Below are positions 1 to 13,916 of a stretch of DNA of 64,000 bases, piece by piece (positions within the stretch are counted from its first letter, which is position 1; the number at the start of each line of letters is the position of its first letter). A program made the position numbers and the translations under genes. Source of the stretch: Geosiphon pyriformis uo1 (taxonomy: Eukaryota; Fungi; Glomeromycota); the NCBI GenBank assembly GCA_016748015.1, contig JAAOMT010000070.1, forward strand, positions 364,761-428,760, written 5' to 3'. The notes below the pieces were generated by a model. It was not told where the DNA came from and did not search any database. It saw nothing but the letters and a program-made list of their open reading frames with translations.

Positions 1-685
1 GGGATACTTAGCAGACAATTATGCAATTTATCAACCACCCCAATGATGTAATAATTCAGGAAATGCAAATCATTTCCCAAATCAATTGTGTCCATTATCC
101 TCCACCAATCAGTCATGGCAGCCAGAAACACACGTTTGCCACAACTGTGGTAAACAAGGTCACATTAAAGCCGACTGTCAATTTTATAGCAACAATTCAC
201 GATCAGGAAATCAATATCAAAACCCCGATTGTAGATTTCAAACTCAAAATCACTACCCAAATCAAGACCAATATCAAACCACTTACCTGCCAATGACACA
301 GCAACCAATCTATCAACTACCAGTATATCAACCTCCAATTTATTAACTGCAGCCACCAGTAATTTATCAGCCACAGCCCCAATTAATTTATCAGCCCCAA
401 CAACCAATTCAAACACTACTCTAAAACCCCACTCAAATGATATCAGGAAACCCAAGACCTAGAATCACTCAAAACTAAAGATCGGTGATAGTTGTTCATC
501 AACTGATCCCCAGCTTTTTTCACCAACCATCAGGCTCTCGACAGTGGAATCTGGGTATTAGTTCTACTCAAAATTTGAATTTCCAGAACTATTTAAGTCT
601 CCTGGTTACCCCAGAAGATGCCACTACCAACAACTCGGAATCCAACCCATTCTAAACAACACTCACCAACAATATTCTACCAGCA

Positions 686-1366
686 ATGGTCACCGAAAAT
701 GAATCTCTCGCAGCCATCTTTCCTTTCAAATTAGAGGAAACCATCAACTCATCTTTGTTCAATGAAGCAGCACTTGAGGAGAAACTCATTACCATGATGT
801 ACACTGATGTGAAAGTTGATAATTACTTCATCAAACTGATCTTAGATAGTAGATCAGCTGATAGTATCATTACAAGACAACTCATGGATCAATTAAGTCA
901 CTGAGTTGATTGCGCTGTCAGCACCAGAATTATTACAGCCAATAAAATGACAAAAACACCCATTAAAGAGATTGATAATTTCCCCATAGAAGTGAATGGC
1001 ATCATAATACCAATCAAAGTACTCATCATAGAAGCCACTCAATACCAAGCACTCATTGGGAATGACTGGCTATCCAAAACCAACGTGACATTAGATTGGA
1101 ACACCCAAAAGCTTCAGCTTAGCCAGAATGGTCAACACACACGAATACCAACCATGTGTAGCCATTTCAAGCCCATTACCACACCATCAACACCACTTAT
1201 CAAATTCGAGGAAGAAAAAGTGAAACCCATCTGGGAAGCATACCAAGTCTTGTGGGCCAACGTCGACCACAACAAACTGCTGCCAATACTCGCCTGGGAC
1301 AACAATGACAACAGAAAAAAAAAACAAAAAAAAAAACCTATCTGGAAAGCCACCATTGATGCTTGA
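686..1366 (+). pseudogene. Retropepsin aspartic protease of element 1
   Basis: IKLILDSRSADSII (decayed DSGS motif) and ALIGNDWL; interrupted by a TGA at 902. Confidence 0.9.
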
Positions 1367-2439
1367 ACCGACAACAACCAAAGTGAGATGCCACCAATTC
1401 TAGATTAGGAAGAAAAGAACAAGGAAAAAGAAAAAAGAAGAGAAGAAAACATATCTGAAGAAACCACCACTGCAGAAGAAATAACTAGTGGCTGAGAAAA
1501 GGAATATTCATGTGAACCAATAAAAAAGCCACCATATATACCTCTCAAATACAAGGACTGTGAGAAGAAACTGTTCTCAATAGAAGCTTGAGTAGTACCA
1601 AACAAAGACTATTGGACGCAAACCCATTACTATTGTAAGTCCTACCATAAGGAACAATATGGCTACCCAAAAAGACAAGGCAAGTAGAACAATGAACCAT
1701 GTCTCACTTGCAGCAAACAATTACTCAATGAAGGAATATGAAATGACATTTCTGGTCGAAGAGAAACGTGCAATGCTTTGTGCCAGTACACAATTCTCAT
1801 TAGCGACTGGGTAAGTTATGGTATGCTCATCACAGCAGCATAGCACTGAGCTATATCCCACCTAGATAGCTATTTACATGACGAGGACAAAATCTGGCAA
1901 ATGGCCAATGCCAAAATAAAAGGCGCTTCACCCAGTGAAATTCTAGAGATCAAGAATAACCTTTCAGAACCAACAAACATTGTTTTGGTTCTCAATTCAG
2001 ACACTTTTATCAACTTAGAAAACAGCCCAGAAGAATTTTATGAACACTACCAGAATCTAGCACTCATGAAAGAAGAGCAAGAGCAATGCTTGGAAAAAAT
2101 CAACATCCAATTATGTGACCACTGTTTGATTCCATGTGACTTCTAATTCTGTAATGAGTATAACTTTATCTACAATTCACCACCACGCATGATCTACATA
2201 ATCTCCAAAGAGGAAGAACCAATCAGCAGCTGCACATCAGAATTGGAATCACCATTTGATTCCAATTCAAACTCTGACAACAATGATAATGAAAACACTG
2301 GTTCCAGCTCCATCTAATATGGCAATAATAACAATGACAATTTCTACTTAGATTCAAACTCCGATTTAAAATCTGAACAATATATCGCAATTTCTGACCT
2401 CACCAGAGAATTGGAACTAAAATGGTTCAGTGATAATAA

Positions 2440-2845
2440 TGAAAGTATCATGCTGGAACATGCACATGATACTGATGCCAGATTTGATCTGAGGTATCCA
2501 GGAAAAGATGCCATCAAATTGGAACCACATTTGCACACCTGCATAGATCTTAAAATAGTCTTGGAAATTTCAGCAATAACAATGATTTAACTAGCTTCGA
2601 GAAGTAGTTTAGTGAAAAGAAGAATAAACATCAGAGAAGAAATAATTGATGCAGGATATGTAGGAAATATCATTGCTATACTACAAAATGATTCAGAAAA
2701 GGCCTATGTTATAGAGCCAAATAAAAGGATAGCACAGGCAATATTTCTACCTTTAGTTAAAATAGCTCAATTAGTGTTAATAAGAAATAGAGAAGAGTTA
2801 GGGATAACAGCAAGAGGGATACAAGGATTTGGATCAACAGATAGA
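2440..2845 (+). pseudogene. dUTPase domain of element 1
   Basis: Motifs ARFDL, SRSSL, IIDAGYVG, RIAQAI and RGIQGFGST; one in-frame TAA at 2588. Confidence 0.9.
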
Positions 2846-3399
2846 ATAGTTGTACCAGTCAATATGGTGGAGAAAAAAATTATTGGCCAAAGAGAAATTA
2901 TCTCAACTGGTCAAACAATTTCTATTTCACCATATAGCCAATACATGTTAACAATAGAAAGGAGAGAGAAAGAGCAAAAACAGATTTTTGAAGCAGAAGC
3001 AACCCTTTGTGAATCAGGAAAAATTGGACTTATCAATCTACACATACCAGTCAAGAGCCATAACCATATCAAAATTTCCATCTACAACAATACCAGAAAT
3101 GTTGTAAAGATACTGGAAAGAACCACTCTCAGATATTTAACCACAGAAATTGAAGATCAAGCACCAAGCAGCATTCCAGATTTTTTACAGCTTTGTGAAT
3201 ATGTGGACATTACATCACAAACCATCTATGAACAAAACGAATGTTATCTGTTACAGCCAGAACAATTGGAACAGATGAATATGGGAAATTTAGACCCACT
3301 TCAACAGATACAACTAAAGATGTTACTCAATAATTTCAATAACATTTTTGCCAGTAAAAACAAATTTGGCAGAACTGATATTATCCAGCATCAGATCAA

Positions 3400-4664
3400 G
3401 ACTGGAGATGCAATGCCAATTAAACAGCAAGCATACAGGGTACCACCAGCCAGCCATAAAATCATTCATTAAGAGATCAACTGAATGCTTGACAATAGGT
3501 TAATTCAGCCATCAATGAGCCCATGGTTGTGACCAGTAGTACTTGTCTATAAGAAGAATAGAAAAATCCGATTTTGTGTAGATTACAGGAAATTCAATAG
3601 TGTAACTCGTGGAGACAGCTATTCAACTCTATGAATACAAGAACTATTTGACGCTTTTGGTGGAAACAAATGGTTCTTAACATTAGATTTGAATAGTGGT
3701 TACTGGCAAGTAGCCATAGATCCAGCCAACAAAGAGAAAACGGCATTTATCACAAGAGAGGGAAACTTTAAGTTTGAAGTTATGTCATTCTGCTTAACCA
3801 ACATTTTAACTATATTCCAATGGCTAATGGAAATTGTGTACACTAGCTTATTATGGAAATCAGTAGTTGTATACTTAGATGACATCAATGTGTTCTCAAA
3901 AACATTTAATGATCATTTACATCATCTCCAACAAGTGTTCGAAAGATTACAACAAGCAAGATTAAAATTGAATGCAACAAAGTGTTTTTTCGGCAAAACA
4001 GAACTAAAATTCTTGGAACACATAGTTAGCAAAGACAGCATAAAAACAGATCCAGAGAAAATAGAGATAGTAAAGAACTTTTCAATACCAACCAACATAA
4101 CCAAGCTGAAATCATTCTTGGGATTCACAAGCTATTATAGACACTTCATAAAAAACTTTTCAAAGATAGCATAACTATTCAATGATCTTCAAACCAAAAA
4201 TGCAAAATATGAATGAACTGAAACCCAGCAAAAAGCTTTTAACATCTTAAGAAGAAAGCTTATTCAAGCTCTGGTATTGATCTATCCAGATCATAGTAAA
4301 CCATTCATCATTATCACCAATACATCAGGCCAAGTATTGGGAGCAGTACTATCTCAGAAAGGACCAAATAGAAGAAAACATCCAGTTACATATGCCAGCT
4401 GAGGTTTAACACCAACTGAAAAGAACTATGGAACACCAGAATTAGAACATTTAGCAATCTATTGGGCAGTTATGAAATGGAAAAAATACTTGAGCCAAAA
4501 GTTTGAGGTATACACAGATCACAAAGGATTAATATCACTCTAAAAACAAGAATTTGGAGACAAAAGACAGTCAAGATAGAAAATGGCACTTTTGCCACAT
4601 ACATTATAAAAAGAGAAAAAACAATGGAAATGTTGATGGTTTGTTGCAAATGGGACAAATCTAA
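3400..4664 (+). pseudogene. RT and RNase H of element 1
   Basis: RFCVDYRK, DLNSGYWQV, KTAF, YLDD, LKSFLG; RNase H remnants LGAVLSQ, YAS, ELEHLAI, TDH. Confidence 0.93.
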
Positions 4665-4725
4665 GAACATTTCAACCCAAAAATATAACAAAACCAAAAC
4701 AATACTCACGAAAATATAACAAAAC

Positions 4726-6090
4726 ATGAACACACAAAAATATCAACAACTTCAATATTATATAGATACTTAACAGTCAAGGAGAAATTATTTCAACTGG
4801 AACAAAAGAGGATCAAACAACAATCCAAATATTTTATTACTCACCAAAATATACTTTATCAGAAAAATAGAAAAGATTTAGATCAACCAACCAGAGTAAT
4901 TACAGAACCAGAAAAAGAAACAATACTGTTTAACATGTACTCAGATCCAACTGCAATATATTTTCATAAAGAAGCAACCATAGAAAGAACCAAAAAGAGA
5001 TACTATTGGCCATCAATATATCCAGACATCATCTAATATGTGCAAAATTGTAATGCTTGTCAAAGAAGAGAAAGAACAAGACCCAACAAACCATTGAGAC
5101 CAATCAAAGTGGAACAACCATTTAACTGCATTGGAATTGATTTAGTTGGACCATTGACAATTACCAGCAGAGGCAACAGATATATTGCAGTAGCCATGGA
5201 CTATCTTACTAAATGACCAGAAGCCAAAGCACAAATACAAAATCCATTGCTGAATTCATCTATCAAGATCTGATTTGTTGACATGGATGTCCAAAAGAAC
5301 TATTATCAGACCAAGGAACCCATTTTGTGAATAAAACATTAGCAGAAATAAGCCAAAGATTCGGAATTAAAAGACCACTATCATTATCATATCATCTACA
5401 AACCAATGGATTAGTTGAAAGATTTAATAGAACATTGTGTAAAGCAATAGCGAAACTCAGCCAAGAAAACCAGGATGAATGGGATTTGTTTATACCATCA
5501 GTATATTTGCTTATTAAACAATAAAGCAAGACACAACACAAGCAACACCATTTAAGCTAGTATACGGTAAAACAGCAATATTACCAGTTGAGATAGAAGT
5601 CAATACATATCTAACTGAACCAATAACTGAAGAAAATTTCCAAGAAACATTGTTAAGAAGAACATATGACTTAATGGAAACATTGGAAAACAAACAAAGA
5701 AGAGCAGCTGATAACATACAAAAGTCACAAGAGAAACAGAAAGAAAGACATAATAATCAACTACCAGACAAACCAGTTAAATTCAAAATTGGAGACAAAG
5801 TACTCTTACATCATACCAAAGCAGAAAAACAATAGAGTAGAAAATTTGACCCCAAATAGAATGGACCATTTAACATAGAAAAAATTCTAGGGAATGGAGC
5901 TTACAAATTAAGACTGGATAACAAAATCTTAATCAAAGCAGCACATAGAGATCAACTGAAACCATATTACAACATTACACTACTATTTACCAGTAATATT
6001 CCACAATTAGAAGTACAGAGGATACTAGTCTAACCAAAGGAGATTCCACGAGATCTGGAACTAATCATCATCATTGACAACAACACATTA
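4726..6090 (+). pseudogene. Integrase of element 1, with its own ATG
   Basis: YYWP, CNACQ, IGIDLVGPL, LLSDQGTHF, TNGLVERFN, GDKVL and GPF (GPY/F module). No chromodomain recognised. Confidence 0.9.
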
Positions 6091-6119
6091 AATTAATCCA
6101 TAAAAGGAATATATAAAGA

Positions 6120-6778
6120 CATGATAGACACGATAATAAATATCAGAAAATAGAAATTATAGATAACATCTACTTACTAGCACAACAATTCTTTCAATTG
6201 ATTCAACACCAAGAAATGGAAATTACAATTAATCAACAAACCATCTGATATCAAAACACTAGAAAGACATTACCACATAGAACACAGAAAAAAACAAAAA
6301 ATACCATTGACAAAATCATTGTGAAAGTAAAATTAGCAATAAAAGAGTCAACAAAAGAGTTACTATATTAAGAGTTGACTAAAAAAACTTGGAATTGGTG
6401 GATACAACAATTTCCAAGAAACTATTGTTATTTTTACTTGGGACAACACGTAAATATCCAGAATCTATATACGGATAAAACAAAGTGATTATTTGACACA
6501 AGAATATTACAACAATTAGAACATTTTGTGGGAAGAACAACTTATCTATACAGGCCTGAGCCATATACCAAATACATACAGCATTTCAGGATCGACCAGA
6601 AATCTTACTCAACAAAGCAATGGATATGGTTACCAGTAATCAATTAGGTAAGATCACTAACACTCAATTTGAAGAATTACAGACTCAAATAACACAAGTA
6701 ATTCTCGAAAATAAAATTCAGGAAATATTTCAAGAAGGAGAATTAACAGAGTTAGATTTCAACAGAGCTCAATATTAA
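6120..6778 (+). pseudogene. Extra ORF of about 215 codons between integrase and PPT; function unknown
   Basis: Coding-like frame with a few TGA/TAA stops and one apparent frameshift near 6520; ends ...ELDFNRAQY* at the PPT. Confidence 0.55.
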
Positions 6779-6792
6779 AAAGAAGGGAATAA

Positions 6793-7671
6793 TGTTACTT
6801 ATAAAAATATAGAGAATATATATTAGCATAGTTATTAGCCAATCAGAAGTAGACATAGTAAAATGTAAAATTTCAGAATTTCTCTTAGGAATTGCAGAAT
6901 TCCAGAAATTACAGGATTCTTACAAAAAATCGCAGGATTCCAAAATTCCAGGATTCCTCTCAAAGGAATTGCAGAATTCCAGGAATCCCAGGATTCCTGT
7001 TGTAAAGAATTGAGGAATTGAGGAATTGAGGAATCTCAATTATGTATATATAGCAGTAGGATTAAAAGCTGAAAAGACAGATCTCTTAGTTTAGATTTCA
7101 TCTAGACAACTTTTCAAACCACAAATAAATAACTGTTTGTTATCTCAAATCCACTGTCACTATCAACACTTTATGTTGATAGTAATTGATACTTAACCAC
7201 ACTGGAACAATAGCTCTTGATCATGGTTATTGATGGAATACTAACTTGCAAATCACCTTGGCTTATTTTTTTTTTTTCTTTATTTTTTTTTCTTTTTTTT
7301 ATTTCTTGCTTTGATTTTATTGTTGTTTATTAACTCTATTAAGGATTAATGTGCGGGGTACTGATGTCAAAATAAATATGACTGGTAAAAGACCCAAAAA
7401 TAAGGGTAAAACACTTGATTGAGGATAGCTTATGAGGAGGAATACCGGCCATCAAGCTGAGAAAAAAATTGATGAAACTGCAGTTTCGGAAAGCTATGAA
7501 TAAAACTATTACTATTGAATCTCTGTCTATTATACAAAGAACTCAACCAAACCCTTCGGATACAAACTCTTCAAACACAAACCTTTAGATCACTATCAAT
7601 TGCAACTAGATTGGAGCACCAAGTTATGAATTTGTTACTTAATCCAACACCAGAAATAGTCACCTGTAACA
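6793..7671 (+). repeat. 3' LTR of element 1
   Basis: Preceded by the purine tract AAAAAGAAGGGAATAA; termini TGTTAC...GTAACA; TATA-like motif near 7046; homologous to the LTRs at 12215 and 17301. Confidence 0.88.
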
Positions 7672-8930
7672 ACACTTATTATGTACATACAAACTTAGAT
7701 TATGGCCAATAAAACAAGTTTTTTTACCATAAAAATCTAATAAATCAGAAAAATCATGAGCAGTAATTCTAACAAACAAAGTATACAACAAAATTTGATA
7801 CCAATTTTTTAAAACCCACAATTGTTTATTATTAATTATCAAAGTCACATGCACAGAATTTTTTCTATGAAAACTAACTATTTGGAAACAATCAAACTGG
7901 CAACATCTGATGATTCAATTCTACCAAGACTTTTTGCCAAAAACCGATCAACTATATCTTAATTGAAACCATCTTATTAATTTTAGAAAAAGCCAATTTC
8001 ACAGCCAATTTGAAAAGATCTACTGGAATCTTCTTGACAATTATTTTTCAATTCAAATGACTGTTTGGTTTTTTGACATCATTATTTACCAAGATTTTCT
8101 TACTGATAACCAGATTCTTAGCTTTTCCTAAACTTAATTTAAAAGTAAAAGTAGATCTTATGATGTTTGAAAATTTTGAGGAAATCAAAGCTTTTCCAAA
8201 CTCATCAATACAATAAAAAAATTTTTTAATAAACAGCAATTTATTCTTACTGGTTTTTTCAGGTATAGTTAATAATTTAACATCTAATGTAAAAAATTTA
8301 GCCAGCACAAAAATACGTTTTTTTAAAACTCATAACTTATCAATAAGCAAATGCTTAAAGCCAGTAAATCTGAAAGATAAAAGTTCTAATATGTTATTAT
8401 TATTACTTATTACATTAAACTTCAGTGTTTTTGGTAAATAACCCAATATATACATATGAATACAAATTTTTCTTAGCATAGTGTTATCTATAATCTTGTC
8501 ACCCATTGAAGTGTCTGAATTAGTATAACTGGTCTCTTTTATGACTGTGTTTTTTATATTTTCAATATCTAAAAGACCATTAATACTGCTTGTAATGCTG
8601 CCAATGTTACTTCTCCAAAACACCACAGGTTTAATGCCAGAATTTACTATATTCTCCAAACTAATAGGGCCAGTAAATAAGTTAATTACAACACTATCAG
8701 CTTCAGATTTTTTTAGCTTTTTATATGATGCATTACAAGAGTAGACATTTTCTATATGCTTTTTTTTGGTATTAGAACAGATTTCTAAACCAATTAAGCC
8801 AGAGCTAAAACTATTAACAAATAAAGGTATGTTTAAAGAAATAACTAAGAAAAAAACAGGAAAAAAAAAACTATATTTTTAGTAGATAATTTACTCTTAT
8901 TATGGTTAGAAGATTGACAAGAAAGCTTTT
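7672..8930 (-). mobile_element. LINE ORF1 (5' part), degenerate, interrupted by element 1
   Basis: ORFs 7660-7854 and 8048-8308 align with LINE ORF1 at 41352-43232 (ITAHDFSDLL..GKKTCFI vs TTVHDLGDLL..GGKTCVI; SKFSNIIRSTFT vs SKFEEIIKSTFT). Confidence 0.8.
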
Positions 8931-9049
8931 TTATAATTAAATTTAATAAATAATAATATTAATTCAAATTTTTTTTATTTAATAAGTATAACTCAATTAC
9001 TATCCAATATATAGAAGCAAACTAAATAATTTTAACTAAATATAACTTA

Positions 9050-10600
9050 TGTATTTACTATATATAATCAGCTATTCAGACTAATTAAAGCAATATTACA
9101 TATTTATACAAATTTTTATACTATTGTTTACACTTAAAAATAACAAATAAGCTTTATATAAACCAAAACTAACAACAAAAAATTCAACAATACTAAGCAA
9201 ACAAATAATTTTGGCTAATAAAAAATTAAATAGACTACAAAAAACATTGTATATTAATCTTATATCATCAATTAAGTTATTTTTTTATATATCTGTTTTG
9301 AATTTAAATCTAAATAATTATAACTTTTCATAATTTTCTTTAGCTAAATGATAAACAAAATCAACTGCCATTAATATAATCTTTTTTATATTACTAAAAA
9401 ACAATACTATCTTATTAATCCAGTTTTTAAAAACAAAATTTTTATACAAGACTGCATAAATATTTATATTTGATACTTTTAAATAAAAGATATATAATAT
9501 TGAGAATATTAAAAAGAAACAGACATTAATTAGAGACTTTTATAATTTAATATGACTAAACAAAATCTAAAAACATATAGAAATATTTTTAAAACAAGTA
9601 AAAACATGATTAAATAGCTTAATATTATTATATATCAAACATAAAACACTTTAATACTCTTTATTATAAAGTTTTTTTCTAATAATTATTAGTAATTTTT
9701 TATAAACTGCTTTTATTAGATATATATAAAAAGTAATTAAAACTTTGTTAGTAAAACCAAAAAGCATATAAAAGTCTGGATACTAAACTAAAACAATACT
9801 AATTTAATCTATATTCTAAATAAGTAAACTATCTATAATTTTTATATTTGGATCTATTTTTTACTAGACTTAATAAAAAGTTCAATAAATATTATAAATA
9901 AAATAATAAATATTGCTTAATATAACCAAATTATTAGTTATAATAAATTTTTTACAGATACTAACAAGAAAAATAAAACCAAAATATACTGTATTATATA
10001 TAAGATTATTTACTTAATTATTGTTAACTATCTCTAAATAGTTCTTAATTTTTATTTATTTAACACCAATGTTTTTTAATTTAATTAAATTAGTTATATG
10101 ATATCTTTTTATCTAATATTTATTTTAGATATTAAACAAATAAAGCTTAAGCTTTAAAATATATATATTTATAGTAATATAACTGTTTATATACAAAATT
10201 ACTAAATAAAAAAAAAGAATACACTTCAATATCAAAGTAATTGTTTACAATTTAGACAATATTAAAGACAAAAAACCATAAATTTTAATATTAATTTCTA
10301 TTTTAATATTAAAAAAATAAGTTATTATATTACTAGCTATTATTATAGTACTCAAACTCTTTAACAAACTATTGGTATAAACACAAATTGTCTTTGTTCA
10401 CAATTTATGTAGACATTTTTAAACATCAACAAATTTTTCTAAGCATAAAAAATTAGAACAAATAAAAAACAAAGCAATCTTATTAAAAACAACAAAAGAG
10501 TTACTTATATAAACTAAAGCCTTTATAAATTATAATAGTACCAATTTTTTAAGACTTAGTTTTTTTTAATAATAAAAAGTTTTTAGTTTATAATTAATCT
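9050..10600 (-). mobile_element. Heavily AT-eroded LINE ORF2 3' relic
   Basis: About 9570-9710 reads AVYKKLLIIIRKKLYNKEY*SVLCLIY..NHV, matching the C-terminal zinc-finger region ALHYRLPVAIRKCLYDRSYPNVVCLYC. Boundaries approximate. Confidence 0.6.
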
Positions 10601-12214
10601 ATGTTTGTTTAATGGTTTATTGCTAAAAACAAAACTTAAATACTTTAAAGAATAAATTACATTAAAATAATAGAAATTTTGAAAAATTTCAAATAATAAA
10701 AAATAGCCAAATAAATAAAAAGCATTAAGCAAATTATTTACTATTATAAATAAACTTAATAAAGTATTATGGTAATGTTTGATACTCTGAATTTGAATAA
10801 AAAAACTGTGAAATTTTTTTTAAATGCACAAAAAATGTGTTAGAAATATTAGTCTTTAAAGATTTTTGCTTATATATAAATTTATTTGTAAAGTTCTTTG
10901 ATTATAAGACACAAAAATACATTTTGGCAGTTTATAATTGTAGATATAAGCTATTTTTTGAGCTAGTTAAGTACAATTACTAATATTTAACATTGTTTTT
11001 TTGCTTTTTAAGTAAGCTAACAAGATAAAATTAATATCTAAACTTAAAAGAAGCTTTTTTTTATCAAACTATTATAAAATCTATTTTTAAATAGTTAATT
11101 TTTAATATTGCTATTCTACAAAAAAAATAAAAAAATTAAGAAAAAAAATAAAAAAATAAAAAAAAATTAGTATTATTAATTACTATAATTAAAAGCAATT
11201 GATCTAAGTTATTAGAGTTTTAAAGCTGTTTATATTAATAGTATCTGGCTTAAAATAAAAGTAAAAAAACAATTAATTTAATTTTAACAACACAAATTCT
11301 GGAATTATGTATAAGTAAATTAAAGAATATTTTATTTAATGGTTAATAAAAAAATATAAAGAAAATAAAATAAAAAAGTTTATCAAGTTTAAAAATAAGA
11401 TATTTAGAAAAGAATTGGTTTTTGTTTTTTGTTTGTTTTTTTTACTTACTAAAACTATTTGTTTTTATACATATTTTTTAGTTTTATAAGATTGCTTTTA
11501 ATTATTTGTTATTATTAATTATTTTATAGTATTATATTTTTTTTATGTTATTATATCTTAATTATGTTTTTTCAATAGTTTTGAATTGGTTTTTCTACTT
11601 GAATAATATTGCTAAAGAGATCTTATTATTTAAAAATTTTTTATAACATCTATTAAATAATTATTAACAGGATTAATTTTTAACTTAATTAAATACTACA
11701 GTAAATTTATAAACATACAATTTGTAATCTGTAAATTCAAAAAATAATGCTTAACAGATTACCAAAAACTTTTATTATATTAAAAAAACTAATTATTAAA
11801 GCTATCTTGTTTTTTGTTTATACTTATTTAAACAATTTTAAATTATATAAAGATAAGTAATATAAAGTCTTATTAAGAAAGTTTTTTGACAAATTGGTTT
11901 TAGATTTAAGTTTTTTTTTTATTATAATATCTTATTTTTGATATATATATTTGAATATAAAACTGAATTGCATTCAATAGTCAATTATAGACTGTAAAAC
12001 TGCTAAAACTAAAATAAGAAAACTATTTATTTGTTAACATTTTTCTAAGAATTATATTAAAAAAAAACTTAATATTTGAATTTACTTTAACAAAACTTAA
12101 TTTAAATATTTTCTTAATCAAAAAAAAATTTCTAAATATCTATGAGATTTGTTATATTTAACAATAAAAATAGTTTAATTACTAATACACAAAAAACTAT
12201 CTATTACTTTCTAG

Positions 12215-13013
12215 TGTTATAAGTGATTATTTGAAGTGTTAAAACAAATAACAAACTCATAATATTAGTACTTAATAGCTAATAATATTAGTAATTTCTA
12301 AAGATTTTAGAGTCTGAAAATTTTAGTTGAGTTCTTTGTATAATAAACAAAAATTCAATTAATAGTTTCTTTTATGAATTTTATTTTTCAGCATAATGAC
12401 CAGTTTATTTTAATAGTTGTGCCCTTCTGGTAAGCTATCTTTAAATTTCTACCTTTATTTACAGATCTTTTACCAGGCTATTTTTGATGTCAAATATTCA
12501 GTGCTTAATTTTTTTAATTAATTAATAAACAATAAAAAAATAAAACAAAAAAAAACAAAAAAAAATAAGAAATTAGTATTCTGTTAATAGTTATAATTAA
12601 GAGTTATTAATTTAGTGTGATTAAGTATTGAATTTTATCAACATAAAGTGTTGATAAAATAAAATGGATTAATATTTCTTTAATTAAGTAATAATAACAT
12701 AAATTTAATAATAATAGATAATTTTATTAATATGAAAATAATTTCACTTTAATTATAGAAAACTATCTTTTGAAGAAAAAAATATTGTTCTAAATTAATA
12801 TGAACTTTATTTAAATTCTCTTGGAATTACTTTTTCTGCTTTTAATACTCTCACTATATATATATAATTTATATTATACAAGATTTTTAGGAATTCTACA
12901 ATTCTTCAAAAAAATTCTAGAATTCTGGAATCCTGTAATTCCTTATTTTATTATGCCTATTTCTAATTGGTTATTTTATCTATTATTATAATTCTTAATT
13001 TCTATAAGTAATA
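12215..13013 (-). repeat. 3' LTR of element 2
   Basis: Direct repeat of 17301-18078 with decayed TGTTAC/GTAACA termini; adjacent PPT. Confidence 0.85.
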
Positions 13014-13916
13014 TTATTTTTTCTTTTAATATTAAGCTTAGTTGAGATTTTCTAAATTTTTTAAATCTATATTGGTATATAAGTAAGATTCCAATTTAAT
13101 GACAGTTTTTTTTAGATATTTGAAATTAAATTCTGTATTAGTATTATGTATATGTTCTGATATAATACTCCCATTATTATTGCTAAACTGTTTAAGTTTC
13201 TATTTTTGTAAAAGATCTGAAAGCACAATATATTGTTTAAAATTTTTATCAAAGTTTGAATTGTTATTATTGTTATTGCCATTGTAAACAGAGTTGGAAC
13301 TATTTTTGTTGTCATCATCAAAATCTGAATTGGAATTAAATTTCAATTTCAATTCCAAAACACAGTTGCTAATTGGTTTTTTTTTTTTTGGGAATTGAAT
13401 AAATTATGCATGATAGCAGATTGTGAATGAAATCACACTTATTACAATATTTGAAGTTACAGAGAATTAGACAATGTTTACAGAGTTTAGCATTTAATTG
13501 TTCTAAATACTGCTTTTGTTTTTCTTAAATAAATGTTAGATTTTAGTAATAAGATGGTTTTTTTTTGGTTCTGACAAGTATAAAATATGCCAACCATTAT
13601 TTATTTCTTTTGTAAAAGTAGTAACTTGTGGTTCATTCTTTTTTTTTCTTTTTTTCTTGTCATCCTAAAAAAGTATTAGTAATAACACATTATGCTTTTT
13701 TTCAGTCCACAAGACTTGATAAACTTCTTAGGTAGGTTTTTTTTTCCAAACTTAATTAGTGATAATTGAGTAGTAGTGTTTGTTTTGAAGTAATCATAGA
13801 TAGCTGGTACTTGAATTTGCTGATTATCTTGACTAAGCTATAGCTCTTAAGTATTTCAGTTGAGCATGACATTGGTTTTAAACAGCCAGTCATTACTAAT
13901 AAATACTTGGTACTGT

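Larger units (their letters stand above)
1..7671 (+). mobile_element. Ty3/Gypsy LTR retrotransposon 1, degenerate; 5' part lies outside the window
   Basis: Domains in order: gag CCHC knuckle CHNCGKQGHIKADC (137-178), protease LILDSRSADSII, dUTPase motifs, RT (VYLDDI, GYWQV), RNase H, integrase (IGIDLVGPL, QTNGLVERFNRTL, GPF). Then a PPT and a 3' LTR. Many stops and frameshifts. Confidence 0.95.

Noticed and set aside
6871-7037. CRISPR-like or heat-shock-element array
   Set aside because: No spacers, eukaryotic LTR context, and no complete nGAAnnTTCnnGAAn element.
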